The notes beneath the pieces were generated by a model. That model ran no database searches, was not told the DNA's origin, and saw nothing but the letters and a program-made list of their open reading frames with translations. Source: Amoebophrya sp. A120 (lineage: Eukaryota > Protista > Dinoflagellata). From it: a DNA stretch of 64,000 nt. Below are positions 45,501 through 56,400 of the stretch, in pieces (positions within the stretch are counted from its first letter, which is position 1; each line of letters opens with the position of its first letter). Position numbers and translations under genes: made by a program. The DNA lies in contig CAJINV010000034.1 of the NCBI GenBank assembly GCA_905178155.1, forward strand, positions 62,001 to 126,000. Direction: 5' to 3'.

Positions 45501-47713
45501 GCACAACGGTATCAGCTTCCACGTGAACGTGAACAAATCGCCGTCGTACAGCGGAAGTGCAGCCGCTGGTGGTACGACAATGGGGGAGAAACAGAAAAAG
45601 AAAGACAGCGTCACTGTGAACCACACTTACCTCTACGAAAAGCAGAAGCAGCACCTGCAGAACCAGTCGGGAAGCTGCAATCATGCAAACTATCCCGTAC
45701 CTGCAGGTGGAGCCACCGCGACAACAACTCGTTCTTTGCTGTCCCCGACTACGACACAGGCACAACACCTGAAAAACCTCGGGGCCATGATGCAACTAGG
45801 GACCGCCCGGAACAACAACATCTCCGGAAGTCCAGGGGCGGTGGTACTTGCAACGCATTCCCCTGATGCCGGAGACACCGTCGCTTCTGCATCTGGTTTT
45901 AATACTAGTGTTGGCTACTACAATTCGCATCACAAACAAGCCCAGCTGTCCCCAACCATTGCTCTCCAGAAGCAGCTATGCACTGCAAAAGCATCGTACT
46001 AGTATGAATTGCATTACAAATTAGGTCAGCATGAGAGATGGAATTTGTCATGCTGTTTAACCTTGGGATGGAGATTTGTAATGCATGACTACGATTACTA
46101 TGAGTCCGATGCTTTTGCGCAGGATAGCAGCAACTGGTCTACTCACCGAGCCGGCAGAAGTATCACGACAAAAAAGTGGTGCAGTTACACACTGTGTTAC
46201 AGGCCTAGTTTGACAGACAACCTATGTCATGCCGGAAATACTTTTGAGCCTCGTTTTATACGTGTTTTTCCTTATGATCTTTGCATTGCAAGTTTTCTCT
46301 CTCATGCGGAGAAAATTTGTGTTGCTGAATTGACAGCAAGTGTGTAACTGTAACACTTTTTGCGTGTGATAAAAAGCTCTTACAGCACAACCAGGAGGTG
46401 CGGATGGCATTTGCGAGAAACAACCTCATATCAAATGTAAAAATGCTTGGGTCTGGAAGAATGCAACTTGTCATTCTAAATCTGGAATCCAAAAAAATCT
46501 GTATTGCATGAGCAGCAAAGGGAGTGTAATCGTTCCTACGCGGCGAGGGCATTTGTCATGCGGAATAGGCATCAAGAAGCCTTCAAAAAATCTGTGATGC
46601 TAGGGCATGCATCACAGACATCAGGGCTCAGGCACGACGTGCATGACAAATCCCAGAATCATCCAGACCCAGACATTTTTGCATTTGATACCTCAGTCCG
46701 CGGGTCGAGCGGGAGGGAAATTCAAATCACGCACGACAGCAGCAACAGAAGCAGGCAGTAGAAAATTATGACACGACCGGAAAAAATCGTAAGGAGGATG
46801 AACAGGGGACTGCTGCAGAACAAGGTAGAGAGGAGCGAGGCCCTGCAGAAACAACATCGCAAGTTCACTTCGTAGAGCGACAGTCTTCTGGCTCCGCAAC
46901 CACGAGAGTTCTTTCTCCTAGCACTACAAACTCGAATCAGCTGCAGAAGTCCCACTTCGCTGTCAGTACCGGTTCACCATACGTGCTGCAGCCGCATCAG
47001 CAACAGCAATTGCACTTACAGCACCACAACCTACTGCAAAATCCGTCCCCGACAATGATGGTGACGGCGACGCCGTTATCCTCTGCAAAAGTATCGTACT
47101 CGTATTGCAATCATGCATTACAAATCTTTTTGTTGAGGTAGATCTGCATATACAAATTTCAATTCTCATGCTGAGGAAATTTGTGATGCATTTATACGAG
47201 TACGATAGTTTTGCACTGCATAGCCGTCGTTGATCATGCCACAGGTCAATACAGCCGCCGGCTTCAGTCCGCACTTGCTTCACCAACAAGTGGCAACAGG
47301 ACCACCTGGAGGTAAGCAGCAAGCGTCTGCGAGCGGTTATGCATTGCAAATATGCCTGGGTCTGGAACAAGGATCCAAACTTGTCATGCTGTCTTTGGAT
47401 TCTAAAAAAATCTGTATTGCATGACCAGCAAGAGGCGCCCAGATTGTGCTACGCGGAGAGGGCATTTGTCATGCAGATTAGGCATCACGAAGCCTTCAAA
47501 AAATCTGTGCTGCTAAGTCATGCACTACAGGCATAATGGGTCATGCAGAATATGCATGAAAAACCTGGCAATCTTCGAGACCCAGACACCTTTGCATTTG
47601 ATAGCGGAACCAGCAACACAAACTCAAATGCCACTGGTTCTTCAGCTGCGCCGGGTTTGAAGACGACCATGTCGCCGTTTTTGTTCTTTCAGCAGGCCAT
47701 TGGGAGGAGTTGA
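39558..47713 (+). CDS. Large hypothetical protein with coiled-coil segments and a Q/S/T-rich C-terminus; 16 introners
   Basis: One continuous frame recovered through all elements (NGCN|KQP, IQRT|FMD, PLPC|QNY, RRC|QSF, RHL|RRE, LENG|GKG, PMN|NGR, NLS|PRV, ASG|TSN); TGA 47711-47713. Confidence 0.75.
40391..40553. mobile_element. Introner family A (in frame, stop-free)
   Basis: DR tgcaa. Confidence 0.88.
40597..40739. mobile_element. Introner family A
   Basis: DR gcgaa. Confidence 0.92.
41342..41603. mobile_element. Introner family B
   Basis: DR tcctt. Confidence 0.92.
41703..41850. mobile_element. Introner family A
   Basis: DR ttgat/ttgaa. Confidence 0.88.
42029..42339. mobile_element. Composite family A introner with two right ends
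   Basis: ctgcata-ccgttgc occurs with element ends at 42217 and 42339; the frame continues only after the second. Confidence 0.75.
42403..42648. mobile_element. Introner family D
   Basis: DR cagca. Confidence 0.88.
42727..42924. mobile_element. Introner, singleton family
   Basis: TIR tatcctgtgtagaatcttc / gaagattctacacagcata; DR atctt/ttctc; frame restored. Confidence 0.8.
43226..43434. mobile_element. Introner family D
   Basis: DR ggagc. Confidence 0.92.
43612..43760. mobile_element. Introner family A
   Basis: DR aaaag/aaaac. Confidence 0.85.
43890..44148. mobile_element. Introner family B
   Basis: DR aaatg. Confidence 0.9.
44450..44599. mobile_element. Introner family A
   Basis: DR tgaac/ggaac. 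Confidence 0.9.
45977..46126. mobile_element. Introner family A
   Basis: DR gcagc. Confidence 0.9.
46161..46371. mobile_element. Introner family D
   Basis: DR agaag/aaaag. Confidence 0.85.
46429..46690. mobile_element. Introner family B
   Basis: DR cctca. Confidence 0.92.
47077..47222. mobile_element. Introner family A
   Basis: DR gccgt. Confidence 0.92.
47338..47603. mobile_element. Introner family B
   Basis: DR gcggt/gcgga. Confidence 0.9.
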
Positions 47714-47728
47714 GAAGGAAAGCACTTT

Positions 47729-47980
47729 TATCAAATGCAAAAATGTCTGGGTCTGGAAGAATGCAAGTTTGTCATGCTTGTCTGGCATGACTCGAGAATC
47801 TGCGTTGCATAGGCACGAAAGAGCCCTCTTAACTGTCATGCGAAAAGGCAGTTTGCCATGCGGAATACGTAAGACACGGCAGTCACAAAAGTTGTCATGC
47901 ATGGCTGCGTATTGCGGCGCGTCTGTCATTCGCTTTTAGCATATACAAGTTTTCAGACCCAGACACTTTTGGATTTCATA
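47729..47980. mobile_element. Introner family B, apparently in a 3' UTR
   Basis: Family B TIRs; DR cactt with one extra T on the left; starts 16 bp after the predicted stop. Confidence 0.85.
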
Positions 47981-48574
47981 CACTTTCGAAATAAATGATG
48001 AAAATGCAGATCGGAGACTGCTTCTGGTGCGGTACGGATTTTGATGAAAAAAGAAAAAGGCTATACCTATAGCGCTTGCACGACGCTGCAATTGATTTCG
48101 CGACGAGGACTATACTGAAGCTGAACTGTCGATTGTGCGGCGGGCTGGTTCTTGGAAGTTTGAGTTTTACAAAACTTACCATTTTTGAATTCGAACGATT
48201 ACTATGGACGTTCGCCACGACTCAGGAAGCTCAGAGCTCTGCCTGCTGTTCTGTTGCTTCGCCATCACGAATGCACATGACAGCTGACGAGTTTGAAAAG
48301 GGTGTACAGGGGTTCAGGAAAACATCGTTTCTGGGCAGTCTACATACAAGCAAGAGAGAACAAACCAAAACATCGACCGTGCTGTCTGATACAAACATGA
48401 CGACAGAGCGTCCCTGTGATTCCCATCCGACATCAGTATGCTGGGAACTCGTATAATTGTGTGTGCTGATGAACGTAAGGAAGCAGTGGCTGCAGACACT
48501 TTATCTTTGTTTAACTTTACAAACTGACCATCCCACCAAGAACACTGGCTGGAGGTGACAAGAACGACACCAAG

Positions 48575-51287
48575 ATGCAACCCTCCTCCTTCCCGCTTCT
48601 TTTCGTCTGTGGTGGCGGCGTCATCCTGTATTGGCAGCGCTCCGTCACTACGCATTGCAAACCTTCGTGCGTGGTATAAATCGCATGGAAAATAATTTAC
48701 TCAGCATGAAAAACGAGACTTGTGATGCTGATTTACCTTAAGAATGGGATTCGTATTTATAATTAGATGAACGTGCCTACGATTACTACGTACGAGCACA
48801 ACACTTTTGCAATGCATAGCCACCGCAATTCTCATGGTCAAGGGCCTGGCGCAGGAGTTCCAGCTGACAAAACAAGACCAGTCGGAAATCCTCTCCGCTT
48901 TTTTCATCGGCTATCTAATCTCCGGCGCGATCGTTGCAGTCGTTTTGACCCGGATTCTTCAGCGTTTCAAGCCAGAGCACGTCTGTTGCGCTAGCATTTT
49001 GCTCTCTTCGGTTTGCACCTTGGGGCTGGCTGCAGATCATAACTCAGTGGGGGTCTATTTGGAGTATCTCTTACAGCTGTCGGGAGTTGGGTTGGATTAC
49101 GGAAGAAGAGACGGCACCGACACCAGTGCCACCGGATCGATCACACTTCAGGACGAGGACCATAGTACAATGCATTCTCGTCCGATATTAAATGCGCACG
49201 AGCTGCTACCACCCCCGTCGTCGCGAACTACGCCTTTGAATGACTTGAACGGCGACAAAACTACCGAAAATCTTCATAGCCATCACATCAAAACACAGCT
49301 CTACTTTCTCCGCTTCCTCTCCGGCTTGTGCCAAGCGTTTTTTCTCCCTGCCTGCTTTGCCTTCTACCAAGAACAGCTACACCACTGCGCGAAGCGGAAA
49401 ACGGAGGGCGTGGGGCGGTTATCGGCTTGCGCAAACATCGCGGTGGCGAGCGTGTATTTCTTCGGCGCAGAAATGAAGGACGAAGAGTGGCGGAAAACGG
49501 TCGTGATGTCGGGGCTGGTGCTGCCGCTGCCGTGGTTTTTCACTTTTCTTCTTCTGCCGAGAATTTTGAGTGCGAAACTGGTGGGCGATCTTGTCGGAAA
49601 TGTGCTTCCGAGTATGGTGAAATTCGCAGCGCAGTCGGAGCTGCGTGGGATCAATCCGGCCCCGCAAGAGCTGGAAGTCGAACTGGAAGCGCTGAAAACG
49701 TTGAGGCAAGACGAGTCGGCGCCCGGAACACCGTCGGAGGATCAAGACGGTGACGAGTCAACATCGGCCGACGGAGCAGGAAAGCACACAGAGGATGGCT
49801 GTGCTAGAAGTTCGCCGGTGCTGGGGCAGCAAGATCATCTCGACGCTTTGCCATCTTGCTCTTCGTCGAGCAGTGAGGAAGACATTCTTTCAGACCAGCG
49901 AGGGACTGCGGGCGTCATCCGCGAGAAGATGTTCATCAACATCGATGGAACCGAGCCGAGTCCGCTGGGCACTAAAATCAAACTCGGTATCAGCAAGAAA
50001 AGTAGGGCGAGGGCGGGCAGCCAAGGCGATAAACCTGCTCGGAAGGCGGGGAACCACGCTGCAGCGGGGATTGATCAAGCACGACAACTCAAGAATGAGA
50101 GATGCCTTGAAGAGCAGCGTCGTGAAAAGGGCCGCCACCTTATTTCAACCACTCACAGCATGACCTCTCTCCGAATACTCGCCACCTTTCTGCAAACGAA
50201 ACCCTACATCGCCGTCGTGATCGGCCACTTCTTATGCAATGCAAAAGCATCCTACTAGTATACTTAAATTGCATTACAAAAAAGGAATCAGCATGAGAAA
50301 TGCAATATGTAATGCTGTTTTACGTTTGGAAGAAGATTTGTCATGCAGATTTGCAACTAGTTTTAGTACGAGTGCGATACTTTTGCCCCGGATACTTCTG
50401 TCACACGACCGCGGCATTCATGCTCATGAGCTGGCTGCCGACCTTCTTCGGCAAGGAGAACGCCTTTTTCAGCGGGTTTCCCTACCTCCTAGCCGGTTTC
50501 GGTTCGCCTATCTGGCCGGAATATTGCAGAAGACAGCTGGAGAAGGGGAGGAACCTGTGGGCTGTCCGCAGAGAATTAGGCGCGATAGGATTACTCTTGC
50601 CGGGAATAGCGCTGCTGTTGGTGCTAGGGATCGTCGTTTTTTTGGAGAGTGATAAACTGCAAGACGGCGAGGAAATGATAAAGCCAGGAGAAGCTACAAA
50701 ATTGAACAAAAGCGCCAGTAGTCAGCTCATCCTCTTGTCCAAAGCGGTTCTCTTTTCCGCCGTTTTGTTCTATCAACTACAAAGATGTCAGTCTGGGTCT
50801 CGAAGAGTCCAAGCAAGGTTTGCCCTGCTCTGCTAGCATGACTCCAAAGGCTGTCATGTGCATTACCCAAAAGCCCCACTTTATTTCTGTCATGCAGAAA
50901 CGCGACTTGTCATGCAGAATACACAACGCCGTGGCCGTAGGTACTCAGAAACTTGTCATGCTGAGCTGCAAGTTGAGGCGTCATCATAATTGTCCAACAC
51001 GCATCACAAGGTTCCAGACCCAGACATATTTATTTGCAATGCATATGCTCTTCGGCGCGGCGACTTCCAGTTCGATTTCCATGGGTCCGCTGGACCTGGC
51101 GGCGAGGAAAGAGCACAGTGGAACGCTCTACGCTTTCTCCAACACGTTTGCCGCGTTGCCCGGCATTCTAGCGGTCCGCATTGCCGCCGACATGGGCACC
51201 GGAGTGTTGGTTTGCGGCTGTCTGAAGGTGTTCGCGACGGGCGTATACTGGAAATGGGGGTCGGCAACGAAGATCGAGGCTGGGTAG
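48575..51287 (+). CDS. MFS transporter, SLC17/anion:cation symporter-like; 3 introners
   Basis: YWQRSVT|AILM...QSEILSAFFIGY; LRFLSGLCQA; VIGHF|CHTTAAFMLMSWLPTFF; PLDLAARKEHSGTLYAFSNTFAALPG; many TM helices. Confidence 0.85.
48649..48818. mobile_element. Introner family A with TACG left end
   Basis: DR gtcac/gccac. Confidence 0.85.
50233..50394. mobile_element. Introner family A
   Basis: DR cttct; splits HF|C. Confidence 0.92.
50771..51045. mobile_element. Introner family B
   Basis: DR tgttc/tgctc. Confidence 0.88.
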
Positions 51288-53537
51288 GGAATGGAGGAGG
51301 AGGAGCTTTTTCATTTTATTTTTATAGAGCTATAGCTGCCTAGGGTCAAGAACATCACTCGTCTTCCTGCTCGGAGCCCTTGTATATTAGGTTGAACCCT
51401 CTCCATGTTTTTGCCACCTTCGCTTTTTGTTTTTGTGAGTAGTACACTCGAAAAAAATTTTGATTACTTGCGTGCAACAAGGGCTAGCTGGAAGCTGGTT
51501 GGTTCTGATGTCGTTTTTGTTTCACAGCTAACATGTCGCCGCGTGATCCGTTTCCATTGATATTGTGTTGTCGGCACACAATTTGCCATCGTCCAAACGA
51601 CACGCAGTGCCGAGGGTGCGCATCAAAGAATGAAACTGCAGCGCGCCAGTTGGGTAGAGTTCTTGTCCTTGATCCGCAGCCGCAGCGCGCACTGGCCTGC
51701 ATGCGCAGCGTGTTCACCTTCAATCTGACGAGATTCGGGCCCGCGGTCTTTGTGCCCTGTGCTCCTTGATGCCTGTCTATGAAGGGAGATCTGCAGGCAG
51801 GAGCGCCCGGGCCCGCAGCTGCCGGGGCGGCTCCGCCGGGCGCGTTTTCCGTGTTCCTCTGCTACTAGCCCTGCCGCCAAGCAACAGGGGCGGGCGGGCG
51901 CGTGCCCTAGGGCCGCGCACACACTGCCCGGCCGGGCGGCGACGGGCGGGGCCCGCGCACTACGGGGCGACAGAACACAGACTGCCTGACTTGCAAGTTT
52001 GGCAACCAAATGCGCGGCGACATTGGCGGCAAAAAGTGCCGGGCTGCCGGCGCTTACTTTTAGAAGCACGGCCGTCGTGGGTCGATCTACATGGGGCGGC
52101 AGCGATGGCGTGGGGCCGCTGCCAAAGGCTTGACTGAAGTGCAAGTGGCTGGGCTCCTGAGGCTGCTATATGCACCGGGGCGATTCGAGGGCGGGCCCGG
52201 CCATAGGCGGAAGCCGGTGGGGGAACCACGGCGGCAGGAATGAAGTTGGCGGGGAAGGCCAGTTCTTCCTTGGGGCCGCCCGACGGGCCCGGCCGTCCGT
52301 GGCGCACCGTCCGCACTGGTCTGCGTCGGCCTGTTCGCCAGGCCGGCGCAGTCGTCCGGCATCGACGGCGCGAAGAGGCCAGGCCATGACTATGCGTCTG
52401 GCCAGACGGCAGGCATGGAGGTCTCCGGGTACGAAATTCGGACTCCGGACAGGCCGCGCCTCCGCGTACGGCGTTGATAGATTTATTTTTTTCCTGGAAT
52501 TGCTCCGGGCGCCGCGTAAGGTCTTACCAACCGCGCCCATGCACTTCGTTCACCGACCGCGGTCCAGGTGTCGCTCGTATGTGCGTGGGGCAGTGGGCCC
52601 GCGGGTCGCTCTCCAGGGGCACAAACATGCCCGACAGCACGAGCAAGGCCGCGACACACTTTCCCGGCAAACAGTCCAGCCGGCGAGGCAGACCCGGGCG
52701 GCCGGCATCCGGGTAGCTGCCTTCCCGCGGACCCGCCCGGGGCGCCGCGCTCGGCCTTGGGGCCAGCGGCGCGGGCGGGGGGGGGGGTGCAGTCAGAGGC
52801 GGGCTCTTCCCGTTGTCAAAAGCAGGGGTCGGGCTATCGCAGCACTGGCCTGGCCGCTGGCTCTGGTCCGTGGTATGTGGTATGTGGGGCGGCGAAGACC
52901 GCGAGCTGGGCGGGGAAGCTACCACCTTTGCGCGCGGGCCATTGTTGAAGAAGTTCGCCCGGTCGGGCGTACCAGGCGCGAGCGCCCGTGGGCGCTGCCG
53001 TCGCCGTGTTTTTTTGTTGCCCCCCCCTGCGTGTTTTATCTATTTGCATGTTTGGGAGAGGGAGCAGCCAGACCTATTGGCCTCCAGTCTGCCGCAGCGA
53101 GCCATTGCATGCATGCGCCAACTACGGTCGGGCTGCACTTGCGGCCCTTTGCTTAAAGGGTGTTCATTGGGTTGTGTAGATGACTGATGTGTTCTCGCGC
53201 CGGATCTTCGGACATGGATGGAAGAAGGAACAGATGGAGTATGTCTGCGCCCTGCCTGCGTTCGTTCGCACTGGATTCGTCGCAGTGAATGGCGTTAATG
53301 AGTCCCGGCCGGGGTTTCTGCGAACTAGAGTCGTGGAAAGCACTGCCCCCCCCTGTTACGACAATATGTCTACATGACGAAAGCCTGGCACGAGCGACAA
53401 GAACTGCAATTCTAGCTCGCCCCCCCCCTAGCATGGTAAGAAACAGCATGGCAGTGATGTTTCTCTCGTTTTCATCAATCTGCAGCCCCTTGCGGGTCGT
53501 GGCGCCTACCATTTTCCGCAGTGTGCTGGCCATTGGG

Positions 53538-55674
53538 ATGGCGATGCTCTACAACCCGTTCACGGGCTTCGTGGCCACAACTGCTTCTACGATGCAAGAC
53601 GCGAGGACCCCAATGCAGTCCGCAGCCACAGCGCCGTTCCATACTGCCCCCCACCGCGGCTTTGGGCCACTTGATCATAGAAGCGGAGATGGATTTAGAT
53701 TGCAAGCGGAAGAAAGTAGAGCAGGAAATCAACATAGCGAATCTTCCTCATGCTCCAGCACATCAACACAACACTCACATCCCCCTCCTCCACAACAACA
53801 CGTAAACCCCGCTCATCAAGAAAAACCAGACGACCCCCGGAATTTCCCGCTTTTCCCGAGACTTCGGGAACAGTATCTAGCGCAGCACTGTCTAACCGTG
53901 GAGAAACAACTACTCGGGGAGCCGAACCTCCTCACGCCAGCGCATCTATGGGCGCAGTCATTTATGGGCGCCTCCACCACGCTGCAGGCGTCGCCAAAGG
54001 ACCTGGCCGAAGTGAAAAGCCTTGGCAGAAAGCTCCAAGTTGCCTGTGAGGCGCTGGAACAACGGAAGCAACAGGGACTGGCGCTGGTTTCGACTGGTTG
54101 TAGCAAAAGGAAGCGGGCCGCAGGGGCGACTGGCGTAGGTGAAGAAGAGGAGCTAGCACAAGAAGAAGCAGCGGAGCCGTCGAGCACGCCTGATGCAGTA
54201 GTACAGGAGGGTCTTCCAGTGCATGCGCAGTCAACTACAGTGGGTGGGTCGTCGTCGTCCTGGTCGACCTCTGCTTTGGAAAATGATAAATCTTCTGCAT
54301 CTTCAAGCTCGTGCTGTCCTGCTCCATGCAGGACTACCACCACCGCCATCGACGATGGACTGTCCACTCTTCAAAACAACATCAACTCTGCACTGCTGCC
54401 CCAAAAAAACCAGTTCCGCAAAACCCGACTGGAACTAGCACAGAAGAAGCTCGCGCAGTGGCAACTGTATCGAGACAAGGCTCTTCAGACTTTGCTTTCT
54501 GCAATCGAAAAACGGAACGCGGCCAGGGAGAAGCTGTTTCTGATCAACCGGATGAAAATGAATACGAGCGTGCAAAACTGCCCTTTCCCCTCATTTGTGA
54601 TGCAAAACGCCGACTCCACGTCCACCTGTACTCTTGCGTTGAAGCAACATTGTTTGCATGACAAATTTTGGATGAAACTGACACCGTACTACAATCCATG
54701 TGCAGATTTGTGATGCGAAGTGCCCACTTCTCACGTTGCTTGTGTTGCTGCTCGCGCATCGCGAATGAGGAGCAGAGGGGGGGTTGTGCACTTTTCATAA
54801 TTCACGAAGAAAATTTACATCCGGCGGACCATCTCCCATTTTTACGGTTCAACGCAGACAGCGGCGAGCAGCGGTACCTGGCGAGCAGAGCAGGATATCA
54901 AATGCAAATATGTCTGGGTCTGGAAACTTGTGATGCGAGTCCGTGAACAGCTAGTGCTCTGTAATGCGCCACCAAGCATGACAACTCTTTTCGTGCTTCT
55001 GTGCTGTGTATTTTGCATGAGAAGCTGCGTATTGCATGACAGGCGGGAGGACCTCCTGGTGGCCACGCAATACAGTTGACAAAGAAGTCATGCCAGACTA
55101 GCATAACAAGTCCCGCAATCTTCCAGACCCAGACATATTTGCATTTGATACGGGAGCGGGAGGGCACCAGCATCTACTCCAAACCAATACCAACATGAAC
55201 TTACCTTCCTCCTCCTCCTCTTCCTCTGATGCAGAGCTGCAGCAGAAACATTTCAACAACCAAAGATTGGAATTCCTCCATCGCCCGCTACTAGTCAGGA
55301 TGTCGCTGAGCTACCACCAGGCGGACATCGACAGGAGGCAGGAAGAGTTGGCCGAACTAGACCGAAAGCTGAAAATCCTCGAAACGCAACTCCACTCAGC
55401 GGAAGTGCAGGACCCGATTGGGACCGCGTTCTGGCAGGTCGTGTGTTTGTGCCGAAGCGACTTGGGAAAATCCGGGTACGAGGGCGAATTGGCGGCGGAG
55501 GTGCTCGAGTTTTTGTGCTGTCAGGAGGAGAATAACGAAAACGCGATAGTTGGGGAGGAACGAAGAAGGCCAGGAGGCTGCGACGACACTAGTGCCCATC
55601 ATGCAGCGGTAATAGTCAATCCTGAGAACAACTACGCTGCAGTGGGTGCTGCAGTTCCGATGGAGGACGAGTAG
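53538..55674 (+). CDS. Hypothetical coiled-coil protein; 2 introners
   Basis: ORFs 53289, 54668 and 55195 join in frame (KMN|EEN, RAG|AGG); start codon uncertain. Confidence 0.65.
54563..54799. mobile_element. Introner family F (diverged)
   Basis: tacgagcgtgcaaaactgccc / gggggttgtgcacttttcata; DR atgaa/attca. Confidence 0.72.
54896..55150. mobile_element. Introner family B
   Basis: DR cagga/cggga. Confidence 0.9.
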
Positions 55675-56400
55675 AAACCTTTTCGACGACGAGGCGATAT
55701 AAGTTATTTCCAGTGCTGCCGTTCGCGTTTCTTCGATTTGGTTCGTGCAAATGATAGCACTGTAGAAAATCCTTGTGGTTAATGTCCTAGAACTTGATGT
55801 ACACTATCCAAATGTATTTAAATGACCCCGACAGGGCCCTGTTTCGATTTTCCTTTGTTTTTGTGAGGATCGCGTTCTCTTTTCAGTATGTGACTACAAA
55901 CAATTTTGCAATTTTCCAGACAGCACGAGCATGAGTTTCGTAATGTCATCACTCCACGAACATGAACAACTCGTTCTCGTTTTTGTCGCAGTTGTAATGC
56001 TTGATTGGTGCGATTACGCACCGCATTATATGAACTCGATACTCCTTTTGTCAAAACGCAACAGTGAAAAGAAAAGAAGAGGTGGTCATCATTTTCCCAA
56101 TACCGTTTCACAAGATCGAACCTACTAGGTGGAGATTTTTCTGCGGCAGTGGTTGTTACTTCTTCCCGAACCCGATCTCAAGATGTTTCGGTTGGTCACC
56201 GAGGGAAAACACCTAGTCGAAAACTAGTCGCGAGGAAAAGGGCTTTTTTTCGGCCCCTCTTTTTCTCCATGCGCAACGCCCCCGAATCCGCAATGCAATT
56301 TTTTTTTAGGCTCGCTCCTTTTTTCCGGCGGGGTTTTATCAACAAGGAGAGTCAAGCATTTTGATGTCGAAAATTATTCATACTGAGGCTGGACTTGAAG

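Noticed and set aside
44743-45795. 350-aa antisense ORF, also 19509-20276
   Set aside because: Shadow of a + strand coding exon.
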